Notes: generated by a model not told the origin, from the letters alone. A DNA stretch of 64,000 nt from a virus (IMGVR_UViG_3300037424_000794:6494-70493), one strand, 5' to 3'. Positions 9,134-19,675 are shown, counted from the stretch's first letter. Program-made: numbers and translations.

Positions 9134-10801
9134 TCATAGCAGTGCAAGTAATCCGTATGTTGGGTTATCAACCATCTCGACAAATCCAGCGTGGTTTGGG
9201 TGTACATCATCCACCAATAGCGTTGCCTCATTGCCGACAAAGATGTTCCTCGTGTCAATCCCGGCATAGCACACACCTGGATTTGCGGCTACAAGGTCAT
9301 CAATCCAGCCCGCCAGCGTAACGAAACGACTGGCATACAACGCACCCTGCCGGTACGATTTACAAAGGTAAATTCTTGCGCCCGACCATTTCGCATGTAT
9401 AGCATCGATGATGCTTTGGTACGCCGCTTTCCATGTTGTTTCGTTGAATGATGCCCAATGGTCAGCAGTGTCTACAACATCGTTGGCACCGAGCAAGATC
9501 ATCACATAAGTGGGCGTCCCGGTAGTTGCCGCCAAGTCTGCGGCGATTACTCCATTTTCATCCAATACATCGTAGCCACCGTGACCCGCGCGTGTTGTGA
9601 TCTCGTACCAGTACCCTTTTGTTGCTGCCGCGATGCCCGCCGTTAGCAATGGCGGGTAGCCCTGCCCGGTTACTTCGTCGGTCGCTCCTACAGTGATGCT
9701 GTCGCCAATGGCAAAAACATCACCGTCAACAGCACCGCTAAAAAAAGGCGTTAGAAAACTTGCGTCCCCCCCAACGACTTTTACCTGTTCTGACCATGCA
9801 GAGAATGTATTTCCTGCATAGGTTCCGATAATTCCAACATAGAGATTGTCTTTTATGGTTGCATCCGAGATAGTGAATGTTGATGCAATGGCAACGTCAT
9901 TGAGCAAAACCTTGACACTCGTTCCCTGCTTTGCTATGGTGATTTTGTCGTTGGCTGCAAAATCCTGAACTTTCGAGCCAACCGTCGAAAAATCCCCACC
10001 ATTCACCACCTTCTTGACCCACAGCGTTTGTCCGTTATGGAAAATGTTCACGTAGTTTTGGGGGTTGGAGGGATTATCCAGTCCAATAATAATCCCCGCC
10101 ATTGTTCCGCGTTCCAGGCTGGCAATGGTCAACTCGACCACATAATCAGCAGTGGGGTACGCCGGGCGAGTTACAAACAATTCCGCATCAGTGAGCAACC
10201 TAGCCGAACCAGCATCGAAAAAAAATGCCGTTCCGTTATCTGGATTCCCCTCTTTGTTGTAGCGCATCACAGAGTTGACGGCAGTTGTTCTAATTGTTCT
10301 TACGCGGCTCACCCAATCGCCGGTTCCGATAAATTTCATGTTTGGATCATCGCTCCCGGCAGCATCCGTTGTAAGCCGAGAGCCTTTTCCGATTGGAACC
10401 TTTTCTTGAAAAACGACATGGTGGTATCTCTTGTAAAGGTCGGTTGCACAACTGATATAACAATTTGCCCCACCGTTCGCCCAGGTCAATTTCGCAGAAT
10501 AGTTACCCTGTACCTTGTCGGTTCCTTCCCGATCTACTGTGTTTCCTCCATCGCCATACTCCGACCAGCTTACTAAATGAGTTGGATCGCTCCAGTTTTC
10601 GACTCCGCCGTCAGCAAACCACTCATCAACACCTATAGCGGGGCTATTGAGCATTTTATTACTGGCAATTGTTGCCAATGCACCTACCCAGCCATTACCC
10701 ACTGCACCGTTGTCGCGTGTGAACGCGTCCGAGAACTGGAGAGGTGCAGGCAAGCCCTCATCAAACATCCCCATCGACACAAAAGGTCTTGATCTATTCA
10801 T
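9134..10801 (-). CDS. Multidomain protein: beta-sandwich/carbohydrate-binding-like N-terminus plus C-terminal SGNH/GDSL esterase
   Basis: All four SGNH blocks are present: AIGDSIT, GHGG, LLGAND, DDVHP. Confidence 0.8.
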   Translation of the reverse strand: MNRSRPFVSMGMFDEGLPAPLQFSDAFTRDNGAVGNGWVGALATIASNKMLNSPAIGVDEWFADGGVENWSDPTHLVSWSEYGDGGNTVDREGTDKVQGNYSAKLTWANGGANCYISCATDLYKRYHHVVFQEKVPIGKGSRLTTDAAGSDDPNMKFIGTGDWVSRVRTIRTTAVNSVMRYNKEGNPDNGTAFFFDAGSARLLTDAELFVTRPAYPTADYVVELTIASLERGTMAGIIIGLDNPSNPQNYVNIFHNGQTLWVKKVVNGGDFSTVGSKVQDFAANDKITIAKQGTSVKVLLNDVAIASTFTISDATIKDNLYVGIIGTYAGNTFSAWSEQVKVVGGDASFLTPFFSGAVDGDVFAIGDSITVGATDEVTGQGYPPLLTAGIAAATKGYWYEITTRAGHGGYDVLDENGVIAADLAATTGTPTYVMILLGANDVVDTADHWASFNETTWKAAYQSIIDAIHAKWSGARIYLCKSYRQGALYASRFVTLAGWIDDLVAANPGVCYAGIDTRNIFVGNEATLLVDDVHPNHAGFVEMVDNPTYGLLALL

Positions 10802-10825
10802 AATAAGCTCCAGCTAATGTAAATA

Positions 10826-11146
10826 TTACTTTGTCCATAGTACATAGTTTCCTGTATTCTCGTCTAATATATATCCGCTAAAAGTAATATTAGCTAGGTC
10901 TGACAGATTAGTGTTACCGGAGATGGGGTCTATCCAGTAAAGGTTTCCACTCATTGCTGCATAATTAAGTTCTACAAATTCCCCCGTATTGGCATCTATA
11001 ACCATTATTGTTCCAGAAGGGGCGGACGAATTAAGCTCAAAAAACTCTCCTGTGTTTGCATCAATGAGAGTTATAATTCCAGAACCCGCAGTATCTACGT
11101 CTACGAATTCTCCTGTATTGTAATCAATCAATTTTATAATGGTCAT
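10826..11146 (-). CDS. Repeat protein (five ID-x-N-T-G-type repeats)
   Basis: IDYNTGEF, IDANTGEF (x2), IDPISG, LDENTG. Confidence 0.65.
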   Translation of the reverse strand: MTIIKLIDYNTGEFVDVDTAGSGIITLIDANTGEFFELNSSAPSGTIMVIDANTGEFVELNYAAMSGNLYWIDPISGNTNLSDLANITFSGYILDENTGNYVLWTK

Positions 11147-11158
11147 TTATTCTCAACT

Positions 11159-11191
11159 AAAGGGGCATTGATTTTAGGTCTCTGCCCCTTT
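11159..11191 (-). terminator. Hairpin/terminator after the major capsid gene
   Basis: AAAGGGGCA...TGCCCCTTT inverted repeat. Confidence 0.6.
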
Positions 11192-11207
11192 AATAAATTT
11201 ATTCTAA

Positions 11208-12107
11208 TTACGCCAAATCTATGACGTAGATACCGTCAGCACGGTCAATTATCATACCGAACTGCTGGTATAGCTGCAAGTGCCAATATGGAGGAATTGG
11301 CTTGTTGTCAACCCAGTCTTGTGTTCTTGACTCTCCGTAAGTAATGAAATCACCTACGTTTTGACCGATTACCAAAACTTTGTCGTTAGGGATCAATGCT
11401 GTGTAATCGATTGGGTTGTCATACTGCTGGTCAAGGGCTATTAATGGAGCACCGTAGTACTTGCCCAAGAAACCAGTAGACATGATTTCTCTGATGTTAT
11501 CTGGAACTTCTGCTACATTTGTACCATCACTCCAAAATGCACCGAATTTGGTTACTGGAGTTAGGGCAGCGCGAGTTCCGATAACAGCCTTTACACCAGA
11601 AGTAGTCTGATTGATTCTATCAATCGCATTTTCTAGTGCTGTGGCTGTAAGTGTTGCAACTGATGTGTAGTTGTCAGGAGTATTAACTGCTGACCAGATA
11701 TTTGACAATGCTAGGAAGACCTTACCTAGGTAATAGTCTCTTAGTTTTGCCTGCATTTCTGAGCGAATTGAATCTACACTTCCCAATTCTCCAGACTGTA
11801 GTTCCCAGTCGTTGTACATTGTGTGTACAACAGCACCGTCTAGCACATAGTTAATGCGGTCACGAACTGTGACTTCACTAGCTAGGTGGACAGACCCTGG
11901 AACTAGAGTACGAACCTTGATTCCTTTTCTTACTTTCTTTACTAGAGCGTCGCCTACGTTTAGGCTTCTAGAATTCAAAAGCAAAGAAACGAAATCCACT
12001 GTTAGATGCACAGGATCAACGTACTCTACGATTAGCTGTGCAAGAGCCTCGCGCTTTCCATCCTTTAGCAAAGCAGCGACAGCTTCCTTGAATTTAGTCT
12101 CATCCAT
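11208..12107 (-). CDS. Major capsid protein
   Basis: 299 aa, follows portal, protease and decoration genes. HK97-like C-terminal pattern (GFLGKYYGAPL...VLVIG...YVIDL). Terminator downstream. Confidence 0.8.
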   Translation of the reverse strand: MDETKFKEAVAALLKDGKREALAQLIVEYVDPVHLTVDFVSLLLNSRSLNVGDALVKKVRKGIKVRTLVPGSVHLASEVTVRDRINYVLDGAVVHTMYNDWELQSGELGSVDSIRSEMQAKLRDYYLGKVFLALSNIWSAVNTPDNYTSVATLTATALENAIDRINQTTSGVKAVIGTRAALTPVTKFGAFWSDGTNVAEVPDNIREIMSTGFLGKYYGAPLIALDQQYDNPIDYTALIPNDKVLVIGQNVGDFITYGESRTQDWVDNKPIPPYWHLQLYQQFGMIIDRADGIYVIDLA

Positions 12108-12128
12108 GTTTAAAAAATCCTCCGATTA

Positions 12129-12704
12129 TTACTCGACACGAATTGTCAAGTTTCCGGTATCTGTATCGTAGTCCTGTACAAATCCGATTACACCAGCAGC
12201 CATTGTAGCTGTGTACTTAGGCTTTCCGGCATCTGCTGCACTATCGCTAGCTGCATCTGCAACTATAACAGCGGCACCAGGAACGATGATATTTGCACTG
12301 TATACATACTGACCAGAAGGAATAGTATATGTTCCTTCGGCGAAGGCAAGAGCCTTGTATCCTGAAGGGATTGTCTGACTTTCCTGATTTCCTGGATGTG
12401 TCAGCCACATTGTTTGCCCAGTTAATGGGCCTGCTGTGGAGTTAACAAATCCACCCCTGAAGTCGAACGCTGTTTGTGGCCAGTCTACAATAGGAGCCTG
12501 TCTGTTGTCTACAGCAAATGTAACGCAGAATCTAGCTCTTTTAGCCTCTTCCGCAGTATCAGGTAGTTTTACTCCCGGTAGGTCTGCGTCTACGTTCATT
12601 ACTGAGCCACCAAGACTATTTGCAACTAGAAGTACGAAACGTCCTTCTACAATAGCCTCCTGAGCTACTACGCCAATAACGCGCTCAAAACCATTGATTT
12701 CCAT
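12129..12704 (-). CDS. Capsid decoration/cement protein
   Basis: Between scaffold and capsid genes; small beta-rich protein. Confidence 0.6.
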   Translation of the reverse strand: MEINGFERVIGVVAQEAIVEGRFVLLVANSLGGSVMNVDADLPGVKLPDTAEEAKRARFCVTFAVDNRQAPIVDWPQTAFDFRGGFVNSTAGPLTGQTMWLTHPGNQESQTIPSGYKALAFAEGTYTIPSGQYVYSANIIVPGAAVIVADAASDSAADAGKPKYTATMAAGVIGFVQDYDTDTGNLTIRVE

Positions 12705-12719
12705 TATTGAATCCTCCGA

Positions 12720-13859
12720 TTATTTCTTTCTGCGCTGTTCACGTAGGAGTCTTCCGAGAGTTTTGGGATCGGTTAAATCCCCTTCGTCTTCCGATTCTAG
12801 GTTAAACGCAGGTATCTTTTTTTCTTTTCTTGAAGCTGAAGAAGTCTTATGCTCTTCAGATAAATTAGCCAATGCCTCTTGAATATGGAATGACAAAAGT
12901 TCGTCATCCATCTTCATTAGCTTGTCAGCATTTTCATCAAAGTAACTGTCTTCTTTTTCCAACCCAGCTTCGCTGAATTTAGTCTTAATAGATGCTAGTT
13001 TTTCTTTCTTTTCATTTTCAGCATCCATAGATGCTTTCAACTCTTTTAGGGGGACTAGCTCCTCATCTTTCTGTTTGCTCTCTTCTGCTAGACGGGCAAT
13101 CTCTATATCTTTTTCTGCTATTGCAACATTACTTGCTTCTAGCTGTGATTTAGATTCCGCCAATGCAGTGTCAAGCTCAGAGACCTTGGTTTCTAGTTCT
13201 GTAACCTTGGCCTTTAGTTCGTCCATTTCCATTGATATATCCTCCGATAGATTATCCGGGTCAGTTTCTACTGTTGCCTGCCCCACTTTCTTTGCAGCTA
13301 TAGATAAGAATGGAGTTCTTCCAGAATAAGCTGGATTTCCAACTACGGTAGCGGCATTCAAAACCGTACCTAGTAAGTCCATACTAGCAAATTCAGGATT
13401 AAATCTGGCATCTTCATACAATATTTCCCAAGAAATATCTACCGGCTTGTTTTCCGCAAATCTCTTTTTGATAAATTCTACGTCGGCAGGTCTTTCGTGC
13501 CCCCACAATGCTGCCAAAGCAACAATCATGGAAACCCCGTCTTCTGTAGATACTTCCTTTAGGTGTGTGATAGAGCCAAGTGGCTTAGTACCTGGATGAC
13601 CCGGACTAATCTCTCCAATTGCCATTTTTACAGGCATGTGTATACCACTTCTAATGATGTTTTCAAACTCTTCTTTGGGGATTCTCTCTCCGTTAGCGTT
13701 CTTTAGATCGTCTGTCAAGATGAATTTTGCCCAGGTGACAGTAGGATTTAGCATGTACGAAGCAAAGGCTTCTCCCATTTCTAACTTTAACTGATTCTCA
13801 TCAATTAATTGTACCATAAGTGCCGTGTTCTTGGCATTTTTAATCTTTTGTTCTGTCAT
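12720..13859 (-). CDS. Prohead protease / scaffold fusion
   Basis: Globular N-terminus (LTDDLKNANGE, ISWEI) followed by an acidic coiled coil. Between portal and capsid genes. Confidence 0.7.
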   Translation of the reverse strand: MTEQKIKNAKNTALMVQLIDENQLKLEMGEAFASYMLNPTVTWAKFILTDDLKNANGERIPKEEFENIIRSGIHMPVKMAIGEISPGHPGTKPLGSITHLKEVSTEDGVSMIVALAALWGHERPADVEFIKKRFAENKPVDISWEILYEDARFNPEFASMDLLGTVLNAATVVGNPAYSGRTPFLSIAAKKVGQATVETDPDNLSEDISMEMDELKAKVTELETKVSELDTALAESKSQLEASNVAIAEKDIEIARLAEESKQKDEELVPLKELKASMDAENEKKEKLASIKTKFSEAGLEKEDSYFDENADKLMKMDDELLSFHIQEALANLSEEHKTSSASRKEKKIPAFNLESEDEGDLTDPKTLGRLLREQRRKK

Positions 13860-15401
13860 TTATTTATCTCCAGGGGGATTTTTCGCCTTTTTTGGCTTAT
13901 TTCCCTGTTTTGTGTTGTCTCCTTCCTGATCTGTGTTCTGTTCGTCAAGCAACACAGAGTTTTTACTATTTGGAGTTACGCCGAATTCAGAAAGTCCTTT
14001 GTCTCTAAGAGTGTTCATTTCTTCTTCCATCTTTATAACTTCTGTATCGAAGTCATAACCAAACTGTTGTCCAAGGGATGTTCTGCTAATTGATGCAGTA
14101 TCCCACAGCATTCTCAATCCTTCCAAGAATGTCTGGAATTTGTGGAGGTTAATGGCTGTAAAGCTTACGGTAGGAACGCTAGAGAATTTATTTCTCTTGG
14201 ATACTTCCAAACATATTCCCTGTAAAACTTCTGTAATCTTTCTTCTGAATCCTTCTGCTGTTTTCAGCGGAGACAATGTTGCTATTTCGGAATCTGAAGT
14301 TCCACTTTTCTGTGCTTCTCCTGTTATCAGAACTCTAGGAAATCCTAGACCGAATAAAATCTCCTGATTAATGTCGTTATACTTTTCTACGTTTAGTAGG
14401 GTTGCGGATTCTGGGAAAATCCAGCTTATGTCTACAGTGTGGTTAGTTACTAGCTGGAATATTCTTTCAAGTACCTGTTCATTCTTTCCACGCATTCTAA
14501 GCTGGCTGGCAATGCTTTCCACATACTCTTGGTCTTCCTCGGACTGTGTAATAGGAAAGTCCTTGTCTCCTACCTTTATGTGCATGATTGCACTTATAAT
14601 CTTGTCTATGATGGAATAATCCATTCTTCTTAGCTTACGTTTGTGATGTAGAGACTCCAGAGCCGATTGTATATATGGAACTGGATATGGATTGTCTGAT
14701 GTATATCTTCTTCTGAATATATTATTCTGTTCAAGAAGAAACTCGGTCTCCCCTTTCAAAATCGCCTCTACAAAGTCAGGAAATTGTGATACCATTTCTT
14801 TGTATAAAACTTCGTCCTTGGTTCCGTCCGGGTACTTACCCTTTGCTTTAATAAAAGCAATTAAATCAGTAGGAACTTTTGCAAAGTATGATGGTCTATC
14901 AGCTAACAGAGTGCTCTTTATTTTTATTGTGGTTGGGTCTCTTACCCACATGGAGTCTGGCAGCTCTAGTGACGAAATCTTCTTAACTCCTAGCGAGAAG
15001 ATAAAATCCTTGTCAACTCTACTGTACCCAATCTCTGGCACTACTAAGCCGGATAGCAAATATTCCATAGCCATCTGCTCCGCAAATTCAAGCAGTCTTG
15101 GCTTTAGAGCAGTAAATACCCTAAGCTCGTTTTCCGATAGTTTCCCCTTTGCAAATGTCAGATCGTTTATTCCTATTTCTACCAGTTTATCTATGACTGT
15201 AGATACAAGAGGCTCTGTTTTGTAGAAGAATCTACAGTGATTGACTCCCTTGATATAATCATCTTGATTTCTAGTAGTAGTCTTGAACTTGGGAACTTCA
15301 GTCCAGGGGTTATCTGTTTTTTCTAGCAGCTCGGCTCTTGCAAAATGAATAGCCTTGCTAGCACTAGCATTTGTTGTTTGTATTTTCTTTGTCTTTGTCA
15401 T
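13860..15401 (-). CDS. Portal protein
   Basis: 513 aa, helical, directly after TerL. Confidence 0.8.
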   Translation of the reverse strand: MTKTKKIQTTNASASKAIHFARAELLEKTDNPWTEVPKFKTTTRNQDDYIKGVNHCRFFYKTEPLVSTVIDKLVEIGINDLTFAKGKLSENELRVFTALKPRLLEFAEQMAMEYLLSGLVVPEIGYSRVDKDFIFSLGVKKISSLELPDSMWVRDPTTIKIKSTLLADRPSYFAKVPTDLIAFIKAKGKYPDGTKDEVLYKEMVSQFPDFVEAILKGETEFLLEQNNIFRRRYTSDNPYPVPYIQSALESLHHKRKLRRMDYSIIDKIISAIMHIKVGDKDFPITQSEEDQEYVESIASQLRMRGKNEQVLERIFQLVTNHTVDISWIFPESATLLNVEKYNDINQEILFGLGFPRVLITGEAQKSGTSDSEIATLSPLKTAEGFRRKITEVLQGICLEVSKRNKFSSVPTVSFTAINLHKFQTFLEGLRMLWDTASISRTSLGQQFGYDFDTEVIKMEEEMNTLRDKGLSEFGVTPNSKNSVLLDEQNTDQEGDNTKQGNKPKKAKNPPGDK

Positions 15402-15407
15402 AATAAA

Positions 15408-16952
15408 TTAAATCCACACAGCCCTAAGAAGCTTGAGTCTAGGTCTGGCCAGAGAGAATTCTTTGAGCATATGGAATGCTCCTACTGCACATAGCAAAGC
15501 TGATGTAAAGTGATCTTCTCCTCTTTTGCCTCCCTTTTCAGTTAGGGTTTTGTAAGATATGTCTCCATTTGTATTTTTCGTATAGGTCATTCTCTCTAGT
15601 TCCGTAACCATGTCTGGATCAGTAGATGAGTAAATGACTCTTCCGCTGTTCGTCATTTCTTGCAGAACAGATACAAAGAATGGTTTTAGCTTTACTTTGG
15701 TTTCTTCTCCATCAGCATTTATACCAAGAGAAAGCCATGATGAGAACTCCACAGGATATATTCTATCCTTGTAGTTCTTGTGTATATAGTCGTTATGGAG
15801 TTGCCACGTCTGTATTGAGTTCTTACCAGCATTTCCAGCATCTACGGCTATAAAAGATGGTTTAAATTTGGTATCTAAAAGGTCTATTAATTTTTCTTGT
15901 ATTGGATATGCTACCTTAGATAATTGTATCCTACCGTGAAATCTTATGTTATCCTTACCATCGAGATATAGTATAGCGATGGCCGTAGGCTCTGTATATC
16001 CCATATCTATTCCAAAGAATATACCGTAATTAGTCTCTTTGATGGTAGGGAACATATCTATTTTTGTAATTATTTCGCCAAGATCGTCTGTTTTGATTCC
16101 GTCTATCTTTAGCTGAACAACTGGATATTTGTCTATGTTCATCAAGTTTCTGTCAAACAAAGCAAATACTGGCTTACCATGCTGCCCCAAAACGTAGTGT
16201 ATCCAGTCCTCACTATCCTCATCTCCATACTGTTCCCTAAAGTCCTGAATATGTGATTCTGTGACCATTGGATTATCGAACGCAGAGACTCTGTGTTTTG
16301 TATAACCTTCATTTTCTTGGTCTACTGCATACAAAACATTTCGTTCTCTAAGCCCAGTAGGAACACCTGAAACTATTTCTCTGTGTCCAGGAGTCCAGGC
16401 ATTTAGGGATGGCTGCATTTCATTAAATGCGTTGAATGGGAAATACCCACCTTCATCTACGATAATAAATGGAGTGTGTAGAGCAATCAGGTTTGCCCCA
16501 GTCCCAGATTGTCCAGCAATACGACACAATAAAACTGCCCCATTTTTCAACGTAATCTTGAACTCTGAGCTGTTTACGCCCGACTTAGCATCGATAAAGT
16601 TCTTCAAAAAAGAGTTGGTCTTAAATAAACGTATCAGGTTTGTAAATACAGGCTCTAAGTGAACTTTGCTAGGAACTGTAAATAGGGTATAGTCGTTTGG
16701 AAAAATATTAAAGTAAAGAATCCAAAGAAGTATCGAATAGTCACTTACGGTCTTTCCTGTTGCTCTAGCTGTACATAAGGATACCTTTGGATTAAAGTCG
16801 CAGAGAATTTCCTTTTGGTACCATTTAAATACAAAAGGCTCATCTAGTTTTGGGTCTTTATCTACATTATAGACAAACTCTGGCCCAAGTACCGGATGCT
16901 TAAGTATTTCGTATAATACTATGTCTTCTTGAGAAATCTTCTCTGCTAACAT
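15408..16952 (-). CDS. Terminase large subunit
   Basis: Walker A (ARATGKT), Walker B (IIVDEG), coupling motif (GVPTG), RNase H-like nuclease acids (FGIDMG, IAVDAG, DHFTSAL). Confidence 0.92.
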   Translation of the reverse strand: MLAEKISQEDIVLYEILKHPVLGPEFVYNVDKDPKLDEPFVFKWYQKEILCDFNPKVSLCTARATGKTVSDYSILLWILYFNIFPNDYTLFTVPSKVHLEPVFTNLIRLFKTNSFLKNFIDAKSGVNSSEFKITLKNGAVLLCRIAGQSGTGANLIALHTPFIIVDEGGYFPFNAFNEMQPSLNAWTPGHREIVSGVPTGLRERNVLYAVDQENEGYTKHRVSAFDNPMVTESHIQDFREQYGDEDSEDWIHYVLGQHGKPVFALFDRNLMNIDKYPVVQLKIDGIKTDDLGEIITKIDMFPTIKETNYGIFFGIDMGYTEPTAIAILYLDGKDNIRFHGRIQLSKVAYPIQEKLIDLLDTKFKPSFIAVDAGNAGKNSIQTWQLHNDYIHKNYKDRIYPVEFSSWLSLGINADGEETKVKLKPFFVSVLQEMTNSGRVIYSSTDPDMVTELERMTYTKNTNGDISYKTLTEKGGKRGEDHFTSALLCAVGAFHMLKEFSLARPRLKLLRAVWI

Positions 16953-17807
16953 TTACTGTTTACTTCTCCACATTCTAACTGTTTCTACTTCACTTGCTCT
17001 TGTAAATATACTCAAATTTGGTGTTGCTGATTCTTTCCCCACTTCCCCACCCCATTTCATTTTATAGTAGTCTTTATTTCGCTCGAACTGTTTACTTGTG
17101 CTTCCACCACTTCCTTCGTGGATAGTTCTACTCCAGAAATGAAAGAATCTCGCATTAGTTAGAGAACAGCATTTTATGTTGGACAGAACGATTCTTCTTG
17201 CATAATCATTATCTATGAAATATGCAGGATAGAAGTTTACATCCGTATAGCCTACTTTTTGAAACACTGATCTTTTATACAAGCATAGGTTCTGGATATC
17301 ATACAAGCGCATATCTGCGATATTATGTTCTGGAGAATAATTTGCAAATCTCTTCCAAGGCTCAGAAGACAAATCCTTAGTTACATAATTGTTTCCGCTA
17401 AAGCAAGAAGCGGCATCCGGAAACTCTCGTATCAAATCTTTTATATCGTATTGTAATGCACTAATAACTTCATAGTCGGATGCACTCGCTAGATCAATTA
17501 AAGAATCTATGCAATAAGGATAAGGCACTACATCATTCCCCATTAGTACTAGATTATCATAGTTGTTTACTTTCCACGCATAGTCGTAAAGATCATTTAC
17601 ACTGAACGGAAAGCCCATATTCTCTTTATGCATAACATAAGGTATGTTTTCCTTATCAAACCATTGCGCCGTTTCCCAGTCTCCCGGTTTCCCTACTATC
17701 GCTGCTATATCATATGAGTTTTTTACAGTTTCTCTTATTCCTTGTACAAGAAGTTTAGTGAATTTCAGTCCTCCAAACGTACAGAATGCCAATAAGTTTT
17801 TGCTCAT
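16953..17807 (-). CDS. Glycosyltransferase family 2 (GT-A)
   Basis: NMGFPFSVN, LMGNDV (DxD-like), FYPAYFIDNDYARR, FFHFWSRT. Confidence 0.8.
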   Translation of the reverse strand: MSKNLLAFCTFGGLKFTKLLVQGIRETVKNSYDIAAIVGKPGDWETAQWFDKENIPYVMHKENMGFPFSVNDLYDYAWKVNNYDNLVLMGNDVVPYPYCIDSLIDLASASDYEVISALQYDIKDLIREFPDAASCFSGNNYVTKDLSSEPWKRFANYSPEHNIADMRLYDIQNLCLYKRSVFQKVGYTDVNFYPAYFIDNDYARRIVLSNIKCCSLTNARFFHFWSRTIHEGSGGSTSKQFERNKDYYKMKWGGEVGKESATPNLSIFTRASEVETVRMWRSKQ

Positions 17808-18172
17808 TTTACTTCAAAGACCGGAACCTTTCCAAAGTTTCTGTGAATAGATGCCATATCATCGAACATAATATCGACACCCAATTCTCTGCACACTCTT
17901 TGCTTAAACCTTCCTACTATTTCCTCATTACTTTGCACTTTTCCTATAAGTTTTCTTTCTTCATCATTATAGAAGGAGGTGGTTATTATTTTATCATACC
18001 AGGTTTTATCTTGAAACCAAGGATATTTGCTCATTCTTTGCGCTAAACCATCACTTCCCAATCCTGTAATTATATAAACTCTTCCACCACTGGTTTTTAT
18101 TAACCTACCGAGTTCTATGAATAATTCAGGATATTTGGTAATAGTACCATCAATATCAATACCTATTATCAT
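17804..18172 (-). CDS. HAD-family phosphatase-like protein
   Basis: IGIDIDGTIT motif I, ITG motif II, K...MFDD motifs III/IV. Confidence 0.75.
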   Translation of the reverse strand: MIIGIDIDGTITKYPELFIELGRLIKTSGGRVYIITGLGSDGLAQRMSKYPWFQDKTWYDKIITTSFYNDEERKLIGKVQSNEEIVGRFKQRVCRELGVDIMFDDMASIHRNFGKVPVFEVK

Positions 18173-19035
18173 CCTAAAACCTCCTCGATCTTTTCTATTA
18201 CCTTTAATCCATTAGTAGCATCAGACCAAAACTTAGCTATCTTTACTTTAGTATTTACTACAAAACTAGAACCTGAAAACTTGTATGTAAAGGATAGTAG
18301 CTTCTTTGATTCGTCCATAACATTTCTTTTGACTTGAGTGTATACGTGTGGCCCAGAGTTTCTTCCTATGAGAGTACTACAATATAGACTTAGAAACGAT
18401 GCTTCATTCAAATCGAATCCAATCCCCGGAGCAAACTCCCCCACAAACTCTAGATTGGGTCTATTATTTTTGAATGCCTGAGTGCATATAAACAGCTTAT
18501 CTTTATGCATTTCTGTTAGACTAAGTACAATTGAGTTCATATCGAAATTTTCTGCTTGCATGGATTGCACTAATCCATTATCTATATATATTCGTTCTGT
18601 ACCTTCCGTAGCTCGTATAAAATCTAGCACTTTTTGAATATCATACTTCTCATAATCTATGTCAGGAATATAATCTATCGGCTCTCCGGGAAGAACACCT
18701 AAGTCGTAAACCTTTAGCATGTCATTATGCATATCATATAGTTTCTCTACGGTACATCCTATGCCAGGTAAAACGTACTTCCCGTCTCTTCCTATCCAAG
18801 TATTCACGTACAGGTTTCCATTTGTATCATCCCACACGCCCCTCATTGGATTCATATGTTCGGTAACATCTTTGAATTTCAATTCAGGAATGTCCAATAA
18901 TATCCTAGGATTTTTCCCGTGCGAGTAGTAGTATTCCTCTGCTGGAACTAGTTTCATCCACGCCTTCACAAACTCTCTAGACTCAAAAACATCCCCTGCT
19001 CCGAAGTGGTTATAGAATATAACTTGGTTATACAT
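18169..19035 (-). CDS. Putative GT-B glycosyltransferase (GT9-like)
   Basis: GAGDV at the N-terminus and LIGRNSGPH resembling the GT9 DSGPxH motif. Likely start at 19035. Confidence 0.5.
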   Translation of the reverse strand: MYNQVIFYNHFGAGDVFESREFVKAWMKLVPAEEYYYSHGKNPRILLDIPELKFKDVTEHMNPMRGVWDDTNGNLYVNTWIGRDGKYVLPGIGCTVEKLYDMHNDMLKVYDLGVLPGEPIDYIPDIDYEKYDIQKVLDFIRATEGTERIYIDNGLVQSMQAENFDMNSIVLSLTEMHKDKLFICTQAFKNNRPNLEFVGEFAPGIGFDLNEASFLSLYCSTLIGRNSGPHVYTQVKRNVMDESKKLLSFTYKFSGSSFVVNTKVKIAKFWSDATNGLKVIEKIEEVLG

Positions 19036-19675
19036 TCTCTGTCTTTCTGAATGCAAATGTAGCAAAGCTATAAACATGCCCTTGGTATACAAATGAGTCT
19101 ATATCTGAGTAATCTTGCTCTCCAGCGACTTGGCACCCATATCTACCTAATACAGATGGTAGTCTTGTTTTCAAATCGTAATTTGTGTAGAATCTTACAT
19201 CAGAGTACGGTAGTGGGTCTCCGGTTTTATACCCTTCCTTGAAATCCATCGTTAGTATAGCCTGGCCACCAGGAAGCAGTAGTTGGCATATTTCAGATAT
19301 AAACTGCTCATCATCTTTTACATGCTCTATCACGGAAGTAGAGAATATAATATCGAATTTATCATCTGTACCTACAAAGAACTTATGAAGGTCTAAGCCG
19401 TTCACATCTGGGTCTATTTCAAATATAGGAATTCCGCTTGCTTTCAATGAAGCACACGCTGTATCTTCAAAAGAACCTACACATAGTAGGGGAACTTTAA
19501 CCCCACCGGATTTTAGCATAGCACCCCTTACGGCTTCAAAAACAAATGCTTGCTGAACGTTTGCTTCAGAAATCTTTCTAGACATCATCTCTGGACAAAA
19601 CCCAAACATGTTTTTTATCGTAAGAGAATATAGTTCTCTGTCTTCGTTTGTTAATACTCTATTTAACGTCCTCAT
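19028..19675 (-). CDS. Class I SAM-dependent methyltransferase
   Basis: LCVGSFED motif I; FDIIFSTSVIEHV; LLPGG. Confidence 0.8.
   Translation of the reverse strand: MRTLNRVLTNEDRELYSLTIKNMFGFCPEMMSRKISEANVQQAFVFEAVRGAMLKSGGVKVPLLCVGSFEDTACASLKASGIPIFEIDPDVNGLDLHKFFVGTDDKFDIIFSTSVIEHVKDDEQFISEICQLLLPGGQAILTMDFKEGYKTGDPLPYSDVRFYTNYDLKTRLPSVLGRYGCQVAGEQDYSDIDSFVYQGHVYSFATFAFRKTENV

Noticed and set aside
9070-9276. 68-aa minus-strand ORF overlapping the SGNH gene end
   Set aside because: Out-of-frame overlap with no RBS or motif.
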